A stretch of 58,689 nt of DNA, from positions 1 through 58,689 of IMG/VR virus record IMGVR_UViG_3300002855_000236. One strand, 5' to 3'. Both the position numbers and the translations under genes were made by a program. Of this stretch, positions 37,105 through 45,977 are shown one piece after another. The notes under the pieces were generated by a model. It did no database searches and was not told the DNA's origin. It was given only the letters and a program-made list of their open reading frames with translations. This stretch comes from a virus. Taxonomy: Duplodnaviria; Caudoviricetes. Numbering within the stretch: position 1 is the first letter of the stretch; each line of letters opens with the position of its first letter.

Positions 37105-37267
37105 GCCCCTTCAAATCAGAAATTGCCTTTTGCCAAACAAAAAGCTCCCTTAACGGGAGCTCGAGCCAAAACGGAATCGGAGTATGAGTAATGATGGATA
37201 GTGACGAAACGATCCTCATAAGATCCGTTACTTTCGTCAGTTCTCCGAGTCCGCTTCGAGAAAAAAA
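37088..37267 (-). other. Programmed -1 frameshift (T TTT TTT C) and gpE'/gpT-like extension
   Basis: -1 frame open to TAA 37088, encoding ...HTPIPFWLELPLRELFVW... Confidence 0.8.
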
Positions 37268-37536
37268 TTCTGCACCTTCAAGGTGATTTGAGTGAAATCC
37301 GGCACAGAGAGTCCGAGGAAGAATTCTACCGGGAGCTTCGCAGCCCGAGCTGCGATGTAGACCTGAAACTCCTTGGAAAACTCTTTAACGGAGATCGCTT
37401 GATTTGCTCCATTCACCAGAAACTGACGTTCCGCATTGATAATGTCAGAACCGGTCAAGGCATTGAAATCAAGCGAAATTTCCGTATGTGTCTTTCCATC
37501 GAATTCATGGCTTCTCTTCAATCTCACGCTTTGCAT
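37237..37536 (-). CDS. Tail assembly chaperone
   Basis: Between tube and tape measure; LDF..LTG.D...AE; ends at slippery site. Confidence 0.82.
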   Translation of the reverse strand: MQSVRLKRSHEFDGKTHTEISLDFNALTGSDIINAERQFLVNGANQAISVKEFSKEFQVYIAARAAKLPVEFFLGLSVPDFTQITLKVQNFFLEADSEN

Positions 37537-37540
37537 GTGA

Positions 37541-38059
37541 TCACATCCCCAACTGCGTACGGAGTTTGGCCAAATGATCCACTCCGTCAATTACGCATTT
37601 GTAATTGAACTTATCGATTTCGATAAGGATCTTGCCGTCGATTTCCACCTTGAGATACGTGACCTCGAGCTCGGACACGCTGTCGGTTTTTGCTCCGACG
37701 TCGAGTTTGCCCAAGTCCATTTTTTTCGGCATGGTCTTGACGGTCACCTTAAAACCTTGCGACCCAATTGCGCTAGTGCTTGCATCGAAAACTTGCTGAA
37801 CCGCCCGGAAGTCAAGGGTTTGAGCCACCGGAGACAGCAATTTGATAGCTTCAGGTGCCACATTGCTCCAGTTGAGTTGGACAACCATGCTCCCAAAATT
37901 CCCGATTGTCGGGATTTCGACTTCACCGGCGATTCCCGATCCCTTGACGGTATCCGTTAGGTATTCAAGGGACGGCAGTGTAACGTCAGCCACGCCCAAG
38001 AAGGTAGATGCGTTAAGGTAAACCGAGTAGTTGATAAGGTTTTGCGGGATCGATTTCAT
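37541..38059 (-). CDS. Tail tube protein (P2 FII-like)
   Basis: GVADVTLP, GIAGE, EIDKFN..IDGVD. Confidence 0.9.
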   Translation of the reverse strand: MKSIPQNLINYSVYLNASTFLGVADVTLPSLEYLTDTVKGSGIAGEVEIPTIGNFGSMVVQLNWSNVAPEAIKLLSPVAQTLDFRAVQQVFDASTSAIGSQGFKVTVKTMPKKMDLGKLDVGAKTDSVSELEVTYLKVEIDGKILIEIDKFNYKCVIDGVDHLAKLRTQLGM

Positions 38060-38073
38060 TCCTTATCCCTCCT

Positions 38074-39510
38074 TTAACCGAAGATCGCGCTCATGTATTG
38101 AGCGTCGTACTCGGTGATAAATTCGATTTCTTCTGCCGGCGAAGGCGGCGTCTGATACACGTGGAAGCGGACTTTCCCGTCCGCGAGGCTTTCCTCCGAA
38201 TTCTCTTCGGCGAGGAAAGCGACTCGGCCGCCAAGGATTACGCCTTGCGCAGTCAGCCCGTTGAGCCAAATGTTAAGCGAGTCGACCACGGCTTCCGTCA
38301 ATCGACGAGTGATCGGGCCATCCACGCGTTCCCAATAACTCAAGATGATCTGGTTGTTAATCCAGTTCATCATGCGTCGAACCGGAATGAAGCTATCCTT
38401 CGGAACAGTGTTTTTCGGATAAATACCCGTCCTATTCCCCCACGCCTTCCAACCGCCGATAAAGTTGAGCGCCGTCACAATACCCCCGCCGTTAAGAACT
38501 TGTGCGGTATCGGGGCCCAGAAACAGCGGTGAACCGTCTGCCAATACTGCACCATCAGCGACAAACTTCTGATTGGATGGAGATACAAACGGGATATTGC
38601 CGTTGGCGATGTCCGTCCGCCCGATCGCGCCGGCCAGGTGGGTAGACGTACGATAGGTCCTGCCTTTATAGGTGAGCAACGGATAGGTATTAATTTGCAA
38701 CGACGACTCGTATCCGTTGTCCTCTTTCCACGCGGCGACATCGGTATACTTTTCCGAAGGGTCCAAATCGGTGATTGCCATAGCCTGAAACAATCCATTG
38801 ATCGATTCGGCTTTCGCCGTCATTACAGCGGCCACGGTAGGGTTATGCGAAAATCCGGGAGCCAGGATCAATCCCGGTACCTGCTGGAAGCGCGGGAAGA
38901 CCTGATTGATCAACTCCATGCCGGTTGGCTGGTCGTTGACGATGCCGCCGATGATGTCGTCCGCATCGACTGCCGCAGGGTTGAGCTTGTCGTACGCCAC
39001 CGAGAGCGACGTCGCTGCCGCTGCTGCACCGCCCGAGACGATGTTGATGACGAGGTTTCCGTCCTTGTCGTATGCGAGTTCGTAATCCGTGTTGAGCACG
39101 TACGTAGTCTCGCCGTCAGCCGACTTGACGGCGACAGAAGGCAAGAGAATGCCTTGGACCTTGATCGATGCGCTTCCGGATGATACTGCGTGCGGAGCCG
39201 CGGCGACCGACGATTTATGCGTTGCCGGATCGAGCACATTGATTAGCACGACCGGCCCTAAGCCGTAAAGCACAAATTGTGAATAGATAAATTCGCTGAG
39301 TGTATACGAGCTAAAGTCGTTCGAGAAACCGAATGCGGCGATTGCCTCGCCGTAAGAATTGCAAAGCACCGGCTCGTTGATCGGTGCCGTCGAACGCTTG
39401 GACAGGTTAACGGGCGCCGTCCCAAAGACAACGGGCATCGCGGACAACCTCACGGGCGGAGGTACTGCAGCTGGAACTTCGTTTACAAAAACACCATGTC
39501 TGTAAGTCAT
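38074..39510 (-). CDS. Tail sheath protein
   Basis: YRHGV, GTAPVN, APGFS, SPSN, WGNRT, PPSPAEEI. Confidence 0.93.
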   Translation of the reverse strand: MTYRHGVFVNEVPAAVPPPVRLSAMPVVFGTAPVNLSKRSTAPINEPVLCNSYGEAIAAFGFSNDFSSYTLSEFIYSQFVLYGLGPVVLINVLDPATHKSSVAAAPHAVSSGSASIKVQGILLPSVAVKSADGETTYVLNTDYELAYDKDGNLVINIVSGGAAAAATSLSVAYDKLNPAAVDADDIIGGIVNDQPTGMELINQVFPRFQQVPGLILAPGFSHNPTVAAVMTAKAESINGLFQAMAITDLDPSEKYTDVAAWKEDNGYESSLQINTYPLLTYKGRTYRTSTHLAGAIGRTDIANGNIPFVSPSNQKFVADGAVLADGSPLFLGPDTAQVLNGGGIVTALNFIGGWKAWGNRTGIYPKNTVPKDSFIPVRRMMNWINNQIILSYWERVDGPITRRLTEAVVDSLNIWLNGLTAQGVILGGRVAFLAEENSEESLADGKVRFHVYQTPPSPAEEIEFITEYDAQYMSAIFG

Positions 39511-39512
39511 TT

Positions 39513-39797
39513 TTACACCGTCCCTCCCATGATCTCTTGCACGGCGGTTTGCTCCGCTGTCCCTACTGTTGCAGCGCGGGCCTTAGCCTCGCTCAACTGA
39601 GACACCGGGACTATCAGCCGGCCGAGCTTCGGATATTCTTCTTTCAACGCCTCGACCCGCTCTGGCAGTCCGCCTCGAAATGTCGTGTACTGCGCGAGCC
39701 TTCCTCGCGAGAGCGATGGGCCAATGTAGATCAACGTCTCGCTTAATTGGGGCTTCGCGGGCGCCTTGCTCTTCGGTCTCGTTCTTGCTTCATCCAT
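39513..39797 (-). CDS. Hypothetical neck-region protein
   Basis: IYIGPS motif; directly before sheath. Confidence 0.7.
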   Translation of the reverse strand: MDEARTRPKSKAPAKPQLSETLIYIGPSLSRGRLAQYTTFRGGLPERVEALKEEYPKLGRLIVPVSQLSEAKARAATVGTAEQTAVQEIMGGTV

Positions 39798-40293
39798 GCA
39801 AAAAATCTCCTTTCAATTGAGGCATAATCGTCTGGACTACCCAAAGCGTCTGAGCTCGCCCCACCCATAACGGATAAGGTTGTTCCTCCGGAATATCCCA
39901 TTCATACGGCTTTTCGATCGTAAATCGGTTGTCGATAACGCGCTGAATAAAAAGCGCCTGACGAACAAACTCCATGAGATTGAGAAGGTCATAGGCTCCG
40001 TCCGGATGCTCTTTCCCGTCGACCTCCGTCGCCTCGCTGTAAACGCCAAATGAGAGCTCAATCCTCACCTGCGATTCATCAGCCGTGTCTTTCCCGTTAA
40101 CGATACGGGCGGCGATATACGGAAAGTCGATCTTCTCCTCTTCGCCCCCACGCTTCCGATCCTTAAACGGGAGCCACCAGTCGTAAACTTCCGGCTTGCG
40201 GAAGGTGTTCGATTTGCCCTGCGCTGCCGCGTACTGATCTACTGCATCTCGCAGAAACGAGCAAAGCGACATAAGTAACATCTCTGCGGTCAC
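39790..40293 (-). CDS. Probable tail terminator/neck protein
   Basis: FPYI, QPYPLW; synteny. Confidence 0.6.
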   Translation of the reverse strand: MTAEMLLMSLCSFLRDAVDQYAAAQGKSNTFRKPEVYDWWLPFKDRKRGGEEEKIDFPYIAARIVNGKDTADESQVRIELSFGVYSEATEVDGKEHPDGAYDLLNLMEFVRQALFIQRVIDNRFTIEKPYEWDIPEEQPYPLWVGRAQTLWVVQTIMPQLKGDFLHG

Positions 40294-40862
40294 GTCGTTT
40301 TCAACCTCCCTAGCACCCGATTCATTTCATGATCCAACCGCTTTTCCATCCGCTTCCTCGCTTCGTCCTGAAGGTGATCGGCGACCCCCGGCTCATTGAG
40401 CATGACGGGGACGGCCGGACCGTAAAGCTGGTCGATTGGTAAACGAGATTTTCCAGACCGCCGGAATACACCGACTGCGCCGTTACCCATCCGAGCCACA
40501 AACGCCCCGGGAATCGGCTTGCCGCCGCTCTTTTTGACGGATGCCTTCAGCACCTTCGGCTTCCGTGTCTCTGGATTTGCCGGTCGTGTCTTAAAGTGGA
40601 TGAGGGGGATATTTCGCCCCCTCGAAGAAAGAATGAGTTGCAGTCGAGCCGGGTCAGCTTTCGTTATTCGAATGTTTCCGCGGCTTATGACGTCCTTGTG
40701 CTTGACGTCATACGACTTGCGAACGATCTTGGAGGCTTCGGTTTTGAGTCCTTGACCGACACGATTGAGCGTTGCCGCGAACGCCTTCGGAACGTTATCC
40801 TGCACGAACGAGATGCCGATCGTCGCCCGCTTTAACTGCTTCGCATCAACCGATAGCCTCAT
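40290..40862 (-). CDS. Lambda gpZ-like tail completion protein
   Basis: AFVA.M..G..GVF.R..RLPI..LYGP.VP.M. Confidence 0.8.
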   Translation of the reverse strand: MRLSVDAKQLKRATIGISFVQDNVPKAFAATLNRVGQGLKTEASKIVRKSYDVKHKDVISRGNIRITKADPARLQLILSSRGRNIPLIHFKTRPANPETRKPKVLKASVKKSGGKPIPGAFVARMGNGAVGVFRRSGKSRLPIDQLYGPAVPVMLNEPGVADHLQDEARKRMEKRLDHEMNRVLGRLKTT

Positions 40863-41197
40863 ATGTCATTCGCCTCGATCGTAACGATGTAGATGCCCGA
40901 TGACTCCACCGACGACTTGACGATGTGGATCTTACCGTCAAACCGCAGAACCTCCCCTTCAAGCGGCCGAGCGCCAAACTCCTCGGCCGAAACGTAAAAG
41001 GTGATTGTCTCTCGGAAGATTCCGTCCGGATCCATGTTGACCACACCTGTTGAACGCAAAAAGGGACGATTTGTGATCGCGTCGTTTTCCACGACAACCA
41101 CGAATTCGTCCCCGTCAATAGTATGCGGTTCGCCGTGCTCTTCGAAATTGATGAAAACGCCGCGGATATCGGCCGCAACATAATCCTTGAAACTCAT
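40859..41197 (-). CDS. Head-tail joining protein (FII-like)
   Basis: MSFKD....DI..VF.N; synteny. Confidence 0.65.
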   Translation of the reverse strand: MSFKDYVAADIRGVFINFEEHGEPHTIDGDEFVVVVENDAITNRPFLRSTGVVNMDPDGIFRETITFYVSAEEFGARPLEGEVLRFDGKIHIVKSSVESSGIYIVTIEANDI

Positions 41198-41538
41198 TCC
41201 CCAACACCAGGAATACTAGTGCTCGGGCCGCCTCCATCATCAGGATTTCCAAGAGATTTGTTGTACTCCTCCAGCCCCTTCAGCGCAGCCGCTTTGCCTT
41301 TAATTTCTTGCCCATCCGGAAGCCGATAGAGCCCGCGGGAAACTTCCTCGAGACCTTCAGGAAGATCGTTCCCTTTTTCTCCACGTACTTCAACCGGGTC
41401 CGGATTCACCGCCCATTCCGCGACCCCTTTTTTGACGAGGTCGCGCTCATCCTCTTCCGAGATACCAAGCACGAGCTGGCCCGGTAGAAACAGTGCATTT
41501 CCCGTGTCTACTCTGCCGTAAATAACGCGTACCGCCAT
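41194..41538 (-). CDS. Hypothetical head-associated protein
   Basis: Follows capsid gene; GGAGGG RBS. Confidence 0.6.
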   Translation of the reverse strand: MAVRVIYGRVDTGNALFLPGQLVLGISEEDERDLVKKGVAEWAVNPDPVEVRGEKGNDLPEGLEEVSRGLYRLPDGQEIKGKAAALKGLEEYNKSLGNPDDGGGPSTSIPGVGE

Positions 41539-41550
41539 TTCAATCCCTCC

Positions 41551-42597
41551 TTAAAGAACTTGGGCTACAAGCCAGCCATCAATGTCGATCGGGACCGGAA
41601 CCGGACGCGAAGTGAGACGGATCATGCGAGCATCCGCATTTTGATCGGCCCACGATTTAGGTACGCGAGACCCCTCGAACGTATGGAACTGACCGTCCGA
41701 TTCCATTTGGGTAACCGCGCCATAATCAAATCCGCCGAGGTTTTTTCGAGCCATAATAACCGTGTCATTGGGAATGAACGGCTGCTCGGTCCCGGAGTCA
41801 TCGATGAACCAATCGTCATACGTGTAAAGCTCGAGGCCGAGACCCGGCAATTTCCCGCAATACGTCAAAGCTTCGTTTACGACGCTTGGATGCATAAGGG
41901 CCAGAGTTGCGTTCTGTTGATCGAGGATTTTGTTAATGTACTCGTCTTTCCGGAACTCCGTCCAGGCGCCGCGGCCGAAAACGACAAAAGTCGGAGCCTC
42001 GCCGGTCAATCGAATAACCTGAAGTCTCCAATCCTCCAGATTTTTGTATTTGTCCGAAGTCGACTGATTCCAGCGAGCCCCAGACGTAAGAGTGATCTTG
42101 TTCGTAAAGCCGAAATCGATTTCGTCTTCGACGAATTCCGAATCCAACTTGTCGATGAATCCCTTAACAACGATCGGCTTGCCGAGAAGAAGTTCCCGCG
42201 CCATCCATTCGATTCGGCGAGAGATCATGTCGTCGAGTTCGCTCAAGTCGTTACCGAGCAATTCCGCCTGCCGTTGTGCTGGGGTGCGCTGGCTATAAAG
42301 ATTCTCGCCAATCCCACGCGTTACCAAATCATCAACCGTCAGCACGCGTTGAGGCGCAATCTTCGGAGCCGTATAGTTCTTGGTTTTGAATCCATCGCGA
42401 GCCACGGTGATGCCACCGACTCGTTTTGCAACAAAGGGAGCCATCGGACGTTTCCCTTTCTTGTAATCAAAAAGCACGGTCTCCGTCACGTGGGTTTTAA
42501 CCCCGGGGAAGAACGTGCTTGTGAAGAACTTACGCAGCGGGAGCATTTTGCGAACCGCCTGCAACATCGTAATTGTTTTGTAAAGGTCCAGGTTCAT
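41551..42597 (-). CDS. Major capsid protein (lambda gpE family)
   Basis: FFP, MAPFV, RRIEWM, SRPVP. Confidence 0.92.
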   Translation of the reverse strand: MNLDLYKTITMLQAVRKMLPLRKFFTSTFFPGVKTHVTETVLFDYKKGKRPMAPFVAKRVGGITVARDGFKTKNYTAPKIAPQRVLTVDDLVTRGIGENLYSQRTPAQRQAELLGNDLSELDDMISRRIEWMARELLLGKPIVVKGFIDKLDSEFVEDEIDFGFTNKITLTSGARWNQSTSDKYKNLEDWRLQVIRLTGEAPTFVVFGRGAWTEFRKDEYINKILDQQNATLALMHPSVVNEALTYCGKLPGLGLELYTYDDWFIDDSGTEQPFIPNDTVIMARKNLGGFDYGAVTQMESDGQFHTFEGSRVPKSWADQNADARMIRLTSRPVPVPIDIDGWLVAQVL

Positions 42598-42611
42598 TGA
42601 TTTTATTCCCC

Positions 42612-43001
42612 CTATTCAGCGTCGTACGGCTGGACATCTTTCAGGAAAATGCCCAGTTCGCGAAGTTTAGTTTCGTGCTTGGTGGCCGTATCGGTACCGC
42701 CGAAAACAAGCGCTTTGCGGTTAAACGAACCGGAAGAATACGCAGAACTTACAGCATCAGAAGCGGAAGTGTCGACCGTATCGGTCAAGATGCAATCCGC
42801 CTTCTCGCTGCCGTCGCTCTTGGAGCTATCAACTGCAACGGCCTTGCCGGTTGCGGAGATAATTCCGAGCACCGTGCCGCGGGCGAGCACGCCCTGCCCG
42901 GATTTCAAGATTACGCCCTTTACATCAACCGGATGCGTTGTATCGGCAAAAAGGTTGTCTGGCGTCGTACTGCCAAAATTTCCGTTGAACAGGTTTCCCA
43001 C
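42612..43001 (-). CDS. Head decoration protein (gpD-like)
   Basis: GQG.L.RGTVLG, DGSE, G.FN..AL. Confidence 0.82.
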   Translation of the reverse strand: MGNLFNGNFGSTTPDNLFADTTHPVDVKGVILKSGQGVLARGTVLGIISATGKAVAVDSSKSDGSEKADCILTDTVDTSASDAVSSAYSSGSFNRKALVFGGTDTATKHETKLRELGIFLKDVQPYDAE

Positions 43002-43003
43002 GA

Positions 43004-44113
43004 TTACTTCGCCTCCGTTCTGCCGCTGTTCGCCGCGGCGGCGATAAGATCGATCGATGCGGCTTCGTCGGCGGCCGCTTGTTGTTGCTCGGCCGTCATC
43101 TCGCCCGGTTTGACTTGCTTCGCTGGATCGAGTTCTTCTTCGCGAGCATTCAGATGCTTGAGGCCCTTGCCGGCGTCGGCCTTCAACGCTTGAAACGCGA
43201 GGGCTTCGGCCGTAATCGGCTCCGAATACTTCGCCTTGGTGACAAGATCATCCGCGATCGTATTCGCGATTTCATCGATCGATTTGATTCGATTCCGCTC
43301 TTGCTCGGCCCCGATGTTCAGAACAGCCTTATAAAGATCCGGGTGCTGGGCTTGCAGTTCATTCACATCCATTGTCTTTTGTTCCTCCTCCGATTGTTGC
43401 TGTTCTCCTTCATTTTCCAAGCTATTGACAGCTTGACCGGCCTGCGGAATTAACGCAGATAGATCAAGACCTTCAACCTTGTTCCCCTTGAGCGCTGCCG
43501 TGACCAGTATGTCGCGGATCTTTTCCTCAACCTGCGGCGGTATCTCTCCGCTAATGCTGTTTGTTGCAGAGAGCAATGCATTCTCTTCGTCAAACAAGAT
43601 CCCATCCGCAAATCCAAGTCCAACCGCCTGCTGCGCGTTCATCCAAGTCGTTTTATTCATCAGTTCGAGCAGTTCCTCGGTTGCCTTCCCAGTCCGCAAA
43701 CGATAAGCGTTCGTGATTGCGACATCCGTTCCACGCAACATTTCCGTATTGCTCGAATGATCGTTCTTGTCGCCTGCCGTCCAAGTGGATGCATTGTGGA
43801 TCATGAGTTGGGCCGTTGGGGACATCAGGATTTCATCTGCGGCCATCAAGAAGAAAGAAGCAGCACTAGCGGCAACGCCCGTCACCTTCGCCTTCACTTT
43901 GCCGGCATATTCTTTCAAGATGGTGTAAACCTCAGACCCCGCAGTAACAGAACCACCGGGAGAGTTGATGTAGAGTTCAACCTCTTCTCCGCGCGCATCG
44001 TCCAGGTCTTTGGATAGTCGCGTTGCACTGATAGCTGGAACACCCAGCCAATCGTACAACCATGCGCTTCCATCTCCGATAACCGGACCGTTAAGTTTAA
44101 TCTTCTTCGGCAC
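43004..44113 (-). CDS. ClpP-type prohead protease with scaffold tail
   Basis: INSPGG, AASAAS, MIHNA, GFAD. Confidence 0.92.
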   Translation of the reverse strand: MPKKIKLNGPVIGDGSAWLYDWLGVPAISATRLSKDLDDARGEEVELYINSPGGSVTAGSEVYTILKEYAGKVKAKVTGVAASAASFFLMAADEILMSPTAQLMIHNASTWTAGDKNDHSSNTEMLRGTDVAITNAYRLRTGKATEELLELMNKTTWMNAQQAVGLGFADGILFDEENALLSATNSISGEIPPQVEEKIRDILVTAALKGNKVEGLDLSALIPQAGQAVNSLENEGEQQQSEEEQKTMDVNELQAQHPDLYKAVLNIGAEQERNRIKSIDEIANTIADDLVTKAKYSEPITAEALAFQALKADAGKGLKHLNAREEELDPAKQVKPGEMTAEQQQAAADEAASIDLIAAAANSGRTEAK

Positions 44114-45725
44114 CTTCCTTTTTCACCCCCTTCCCGGGCGCGACTACTGCTGCGGTATCCGGTGAAATACCGGCCGCCTCCATCGCCTCGCGCTCCACTT
44201 TTTGTCGCTGGATATTGCTCCAGAAATCGCTACCGTTGCTCTCCAAAGCCTCACGCTCTCTCGTAGACGAGCCGTTAGCGATTCGCAAGTTGGCCGCGGT
44301 TGCTTCCTTAACCGGATCGAGTTGCCCCGGAGCCGGACCGGTCCATTCCGCCGCGCACCATGCCCGCCGGATTGCAGGGTCATTAAAAAAGCCCGGAGCG
44401 CGAATGCGCCCGAGCGCGACAGCCTCGGATAACCATTCTTCAAAGACCGGTTGGCAAAACTCCTTCGCCGTCCACTGCCGGCGCACACGGAACATTTTCC
44501 ATGCTTCCAACAGGGCAGCACGCGACGCCGAATAACTCGACTGGAAACTCTTCAACAGAAGCTCGTAAGGGATCTCGACGGCTGCTCCCACATAGCGGCA
44601 GAGGGAACTGACGAATGGATCGAATTGCGCGTTCGGACGCCCTGGGTTGGCGATCTCAACAGATTCGTTCTCGCCGAGGACATTGATCGCGCCCGGCCCC
44701 ATCTCGTAGAGGTTTGGGTCGTTGGGCTCGACCTGCTTATCTCCCGGGATCATCTCCCCAAACGGGTTTTCCGTTGTCGGGCCAGCCGTCTTGACGAACA
44801 CCGTGAACATCCCACTGATGACCGCCGCCATCAGTTCAGCTTCGGTATAGCGTGTAAGCTGCTTGATCGTCTCAATCACCGGTGCCAAGATTGGCACGCC
44901 GCGCCGCTGCTCCGCGCGCTCGAGCTCCATCAAATGCAGCACGTTCGGTCGACCTGTCGTCCGGCCGTATGCTTCGATTCGCTTCCATTCTCGCATTTGC
45001 GTCCCCGTGTATCCGGTTTCGATCGGATAAGAGTTGCTGACGTGGTAGGCAACAAGTGCCCCGGATCCGTCAATTTCAACACCCGAAATGATTCGATTTC
45101 CGTTCGGTGCCTTACCCTCGACCCCATCCCCGAGCACACCTGAAGCCATTGGCGTACTGATGCGATCGGCTTCGATGACGTGGAGCCGGAGCCCATAGGG
45201 CATCCATGGCGTTACTTGGTCCCGCTTGAATATCGCGAACGCATCGCCATTCATCAGCATTCCGAGGAAGGCGACCGTCTGTTGAGTGTAAAAGTCACTC
45301 ATACGGAGGGCGTCCGAGTGTTTGGACTCCGACCAGAGTTCGAATTCTTCTTCGACCTTTTCCCGCCAGCGGTCCGCTTCCTCTTCGGACAACCCAAGTC
45401 GTTCAGCGTTGATTCTTGATTTCAGCCGCAATCCCGGGCCGATGACGTTCGTCTTCGCCGTCTTCAGGGCAGCCGCGCCGACCGGTCCGTTCATATACAA
45501 ATCGCGGGACCGGGAACGCAGCGTTTCGAGGTTGCGGTCGATATCGTCTTTTGGGCTAAAAGCATTCGCCAGCCATCCACGCATACTCTTCTTTTGATGC
45601 GAGGCGCCGCCCTGCTCATAGCCGTTTATCACCTGCGTTACTCCGCGCGCGGCTGCACGGCGCATTCCGATTTCCGGAGCAAAATACGAAATAGTTCGAT
45701 CAATGAGATTTATCTTAATCACCAC
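44097..45725 (-). CDS. Portal protein (lambda family)
   Basis: LRSRSRDL, QRRGVP, SYSASRAAL, LDPVKE. Confidence 0.94.
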   Translation of the reverse strand: MVIKINLIDRTISYFAPEIGMRRAAARGVTQVINGYEQGGASHQKKSMRGWLANAFSPKDDIDRNLETLRSRSRDLYMNGPVGAAALKTAKTNVIGPGLRLKSRINAERLGLSEEEADRWREKVEEEFELWSESKHSDALRMSDFYTQQTVAFLGMLMNGDAFAIFKRDQVTPWMPYGLRLHVIEADRISTPMASGVLGDGVEGKAPNGNRIISGVEIDGSGALVAYHVSNSYPIETGYTGTQMREWKRIEAYGRTTGRPNVLHLMELERAEQRRGVPILAPVIETIKQLTRYTEAELMAAVISGMFTVFVKTAGPTTENPFGEMIPGDKQVEPNDPNLYEMGPGAINVLGENESVEIANPGRPNAQFDPFVSSLCRYVGAAVEIPYELLLKSFQSSYSASRAALLEAWKMFRVRRQWTAKEFCQPVFEEWLSEAVALGRIRAPGFFNDPAIRRAWCAAEWTGPAPGQLDPVKEATAANLRIANGSSTREREALESNGSDFWSNIQRQKVEREAMEAAGISPDTAAVVAPGKGVKKEGAEED

Positions 45726-45740
45726 CTTCCAGTCGATTCA

Positions 45741-45977
45741 TTAGAAGTCGCGAGGAATAACGCCGAACATACGGTTCCGGCCGCGGCCGGCCTCCTTCGC
45801 TTCTTCGACCGCTATCTCTTTTTCGAGATACTTGATCATATTTGCGATTTCCGAGAGATTTGCGCGCGTCAGGTTACGGCCAGCGATCGCGTAGCTCTGC
45901 GCACCGCCCAAGATCGACGCTTCGCACTCGATGTACTTGGTGAGTCGCTCACGGAGCGTTTCGAGTCTGGTTGCCAT
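45741..45977 (-). CDS. gpW-like head completion protein
   Basis: QSY.IAGR.LTRANL; between terminase and portal. Confidence 0.8.
   Translation of the reverse strand: MATRLETLRERLTKYIECEASILGGAQSYAIAGRNLTRANLSEIANMIKYLEKEIAVEEAKEAGRGRNRMFGVIPRDF

Noticed and set aside
41560-42600. 346-aa antisense ORF over the capsid gene
   Set aside because: In-register shadow of a GC-rich gene, with no RBS or motifs; the same applies to 6182-7132, 17677-18438 and 44451-45143
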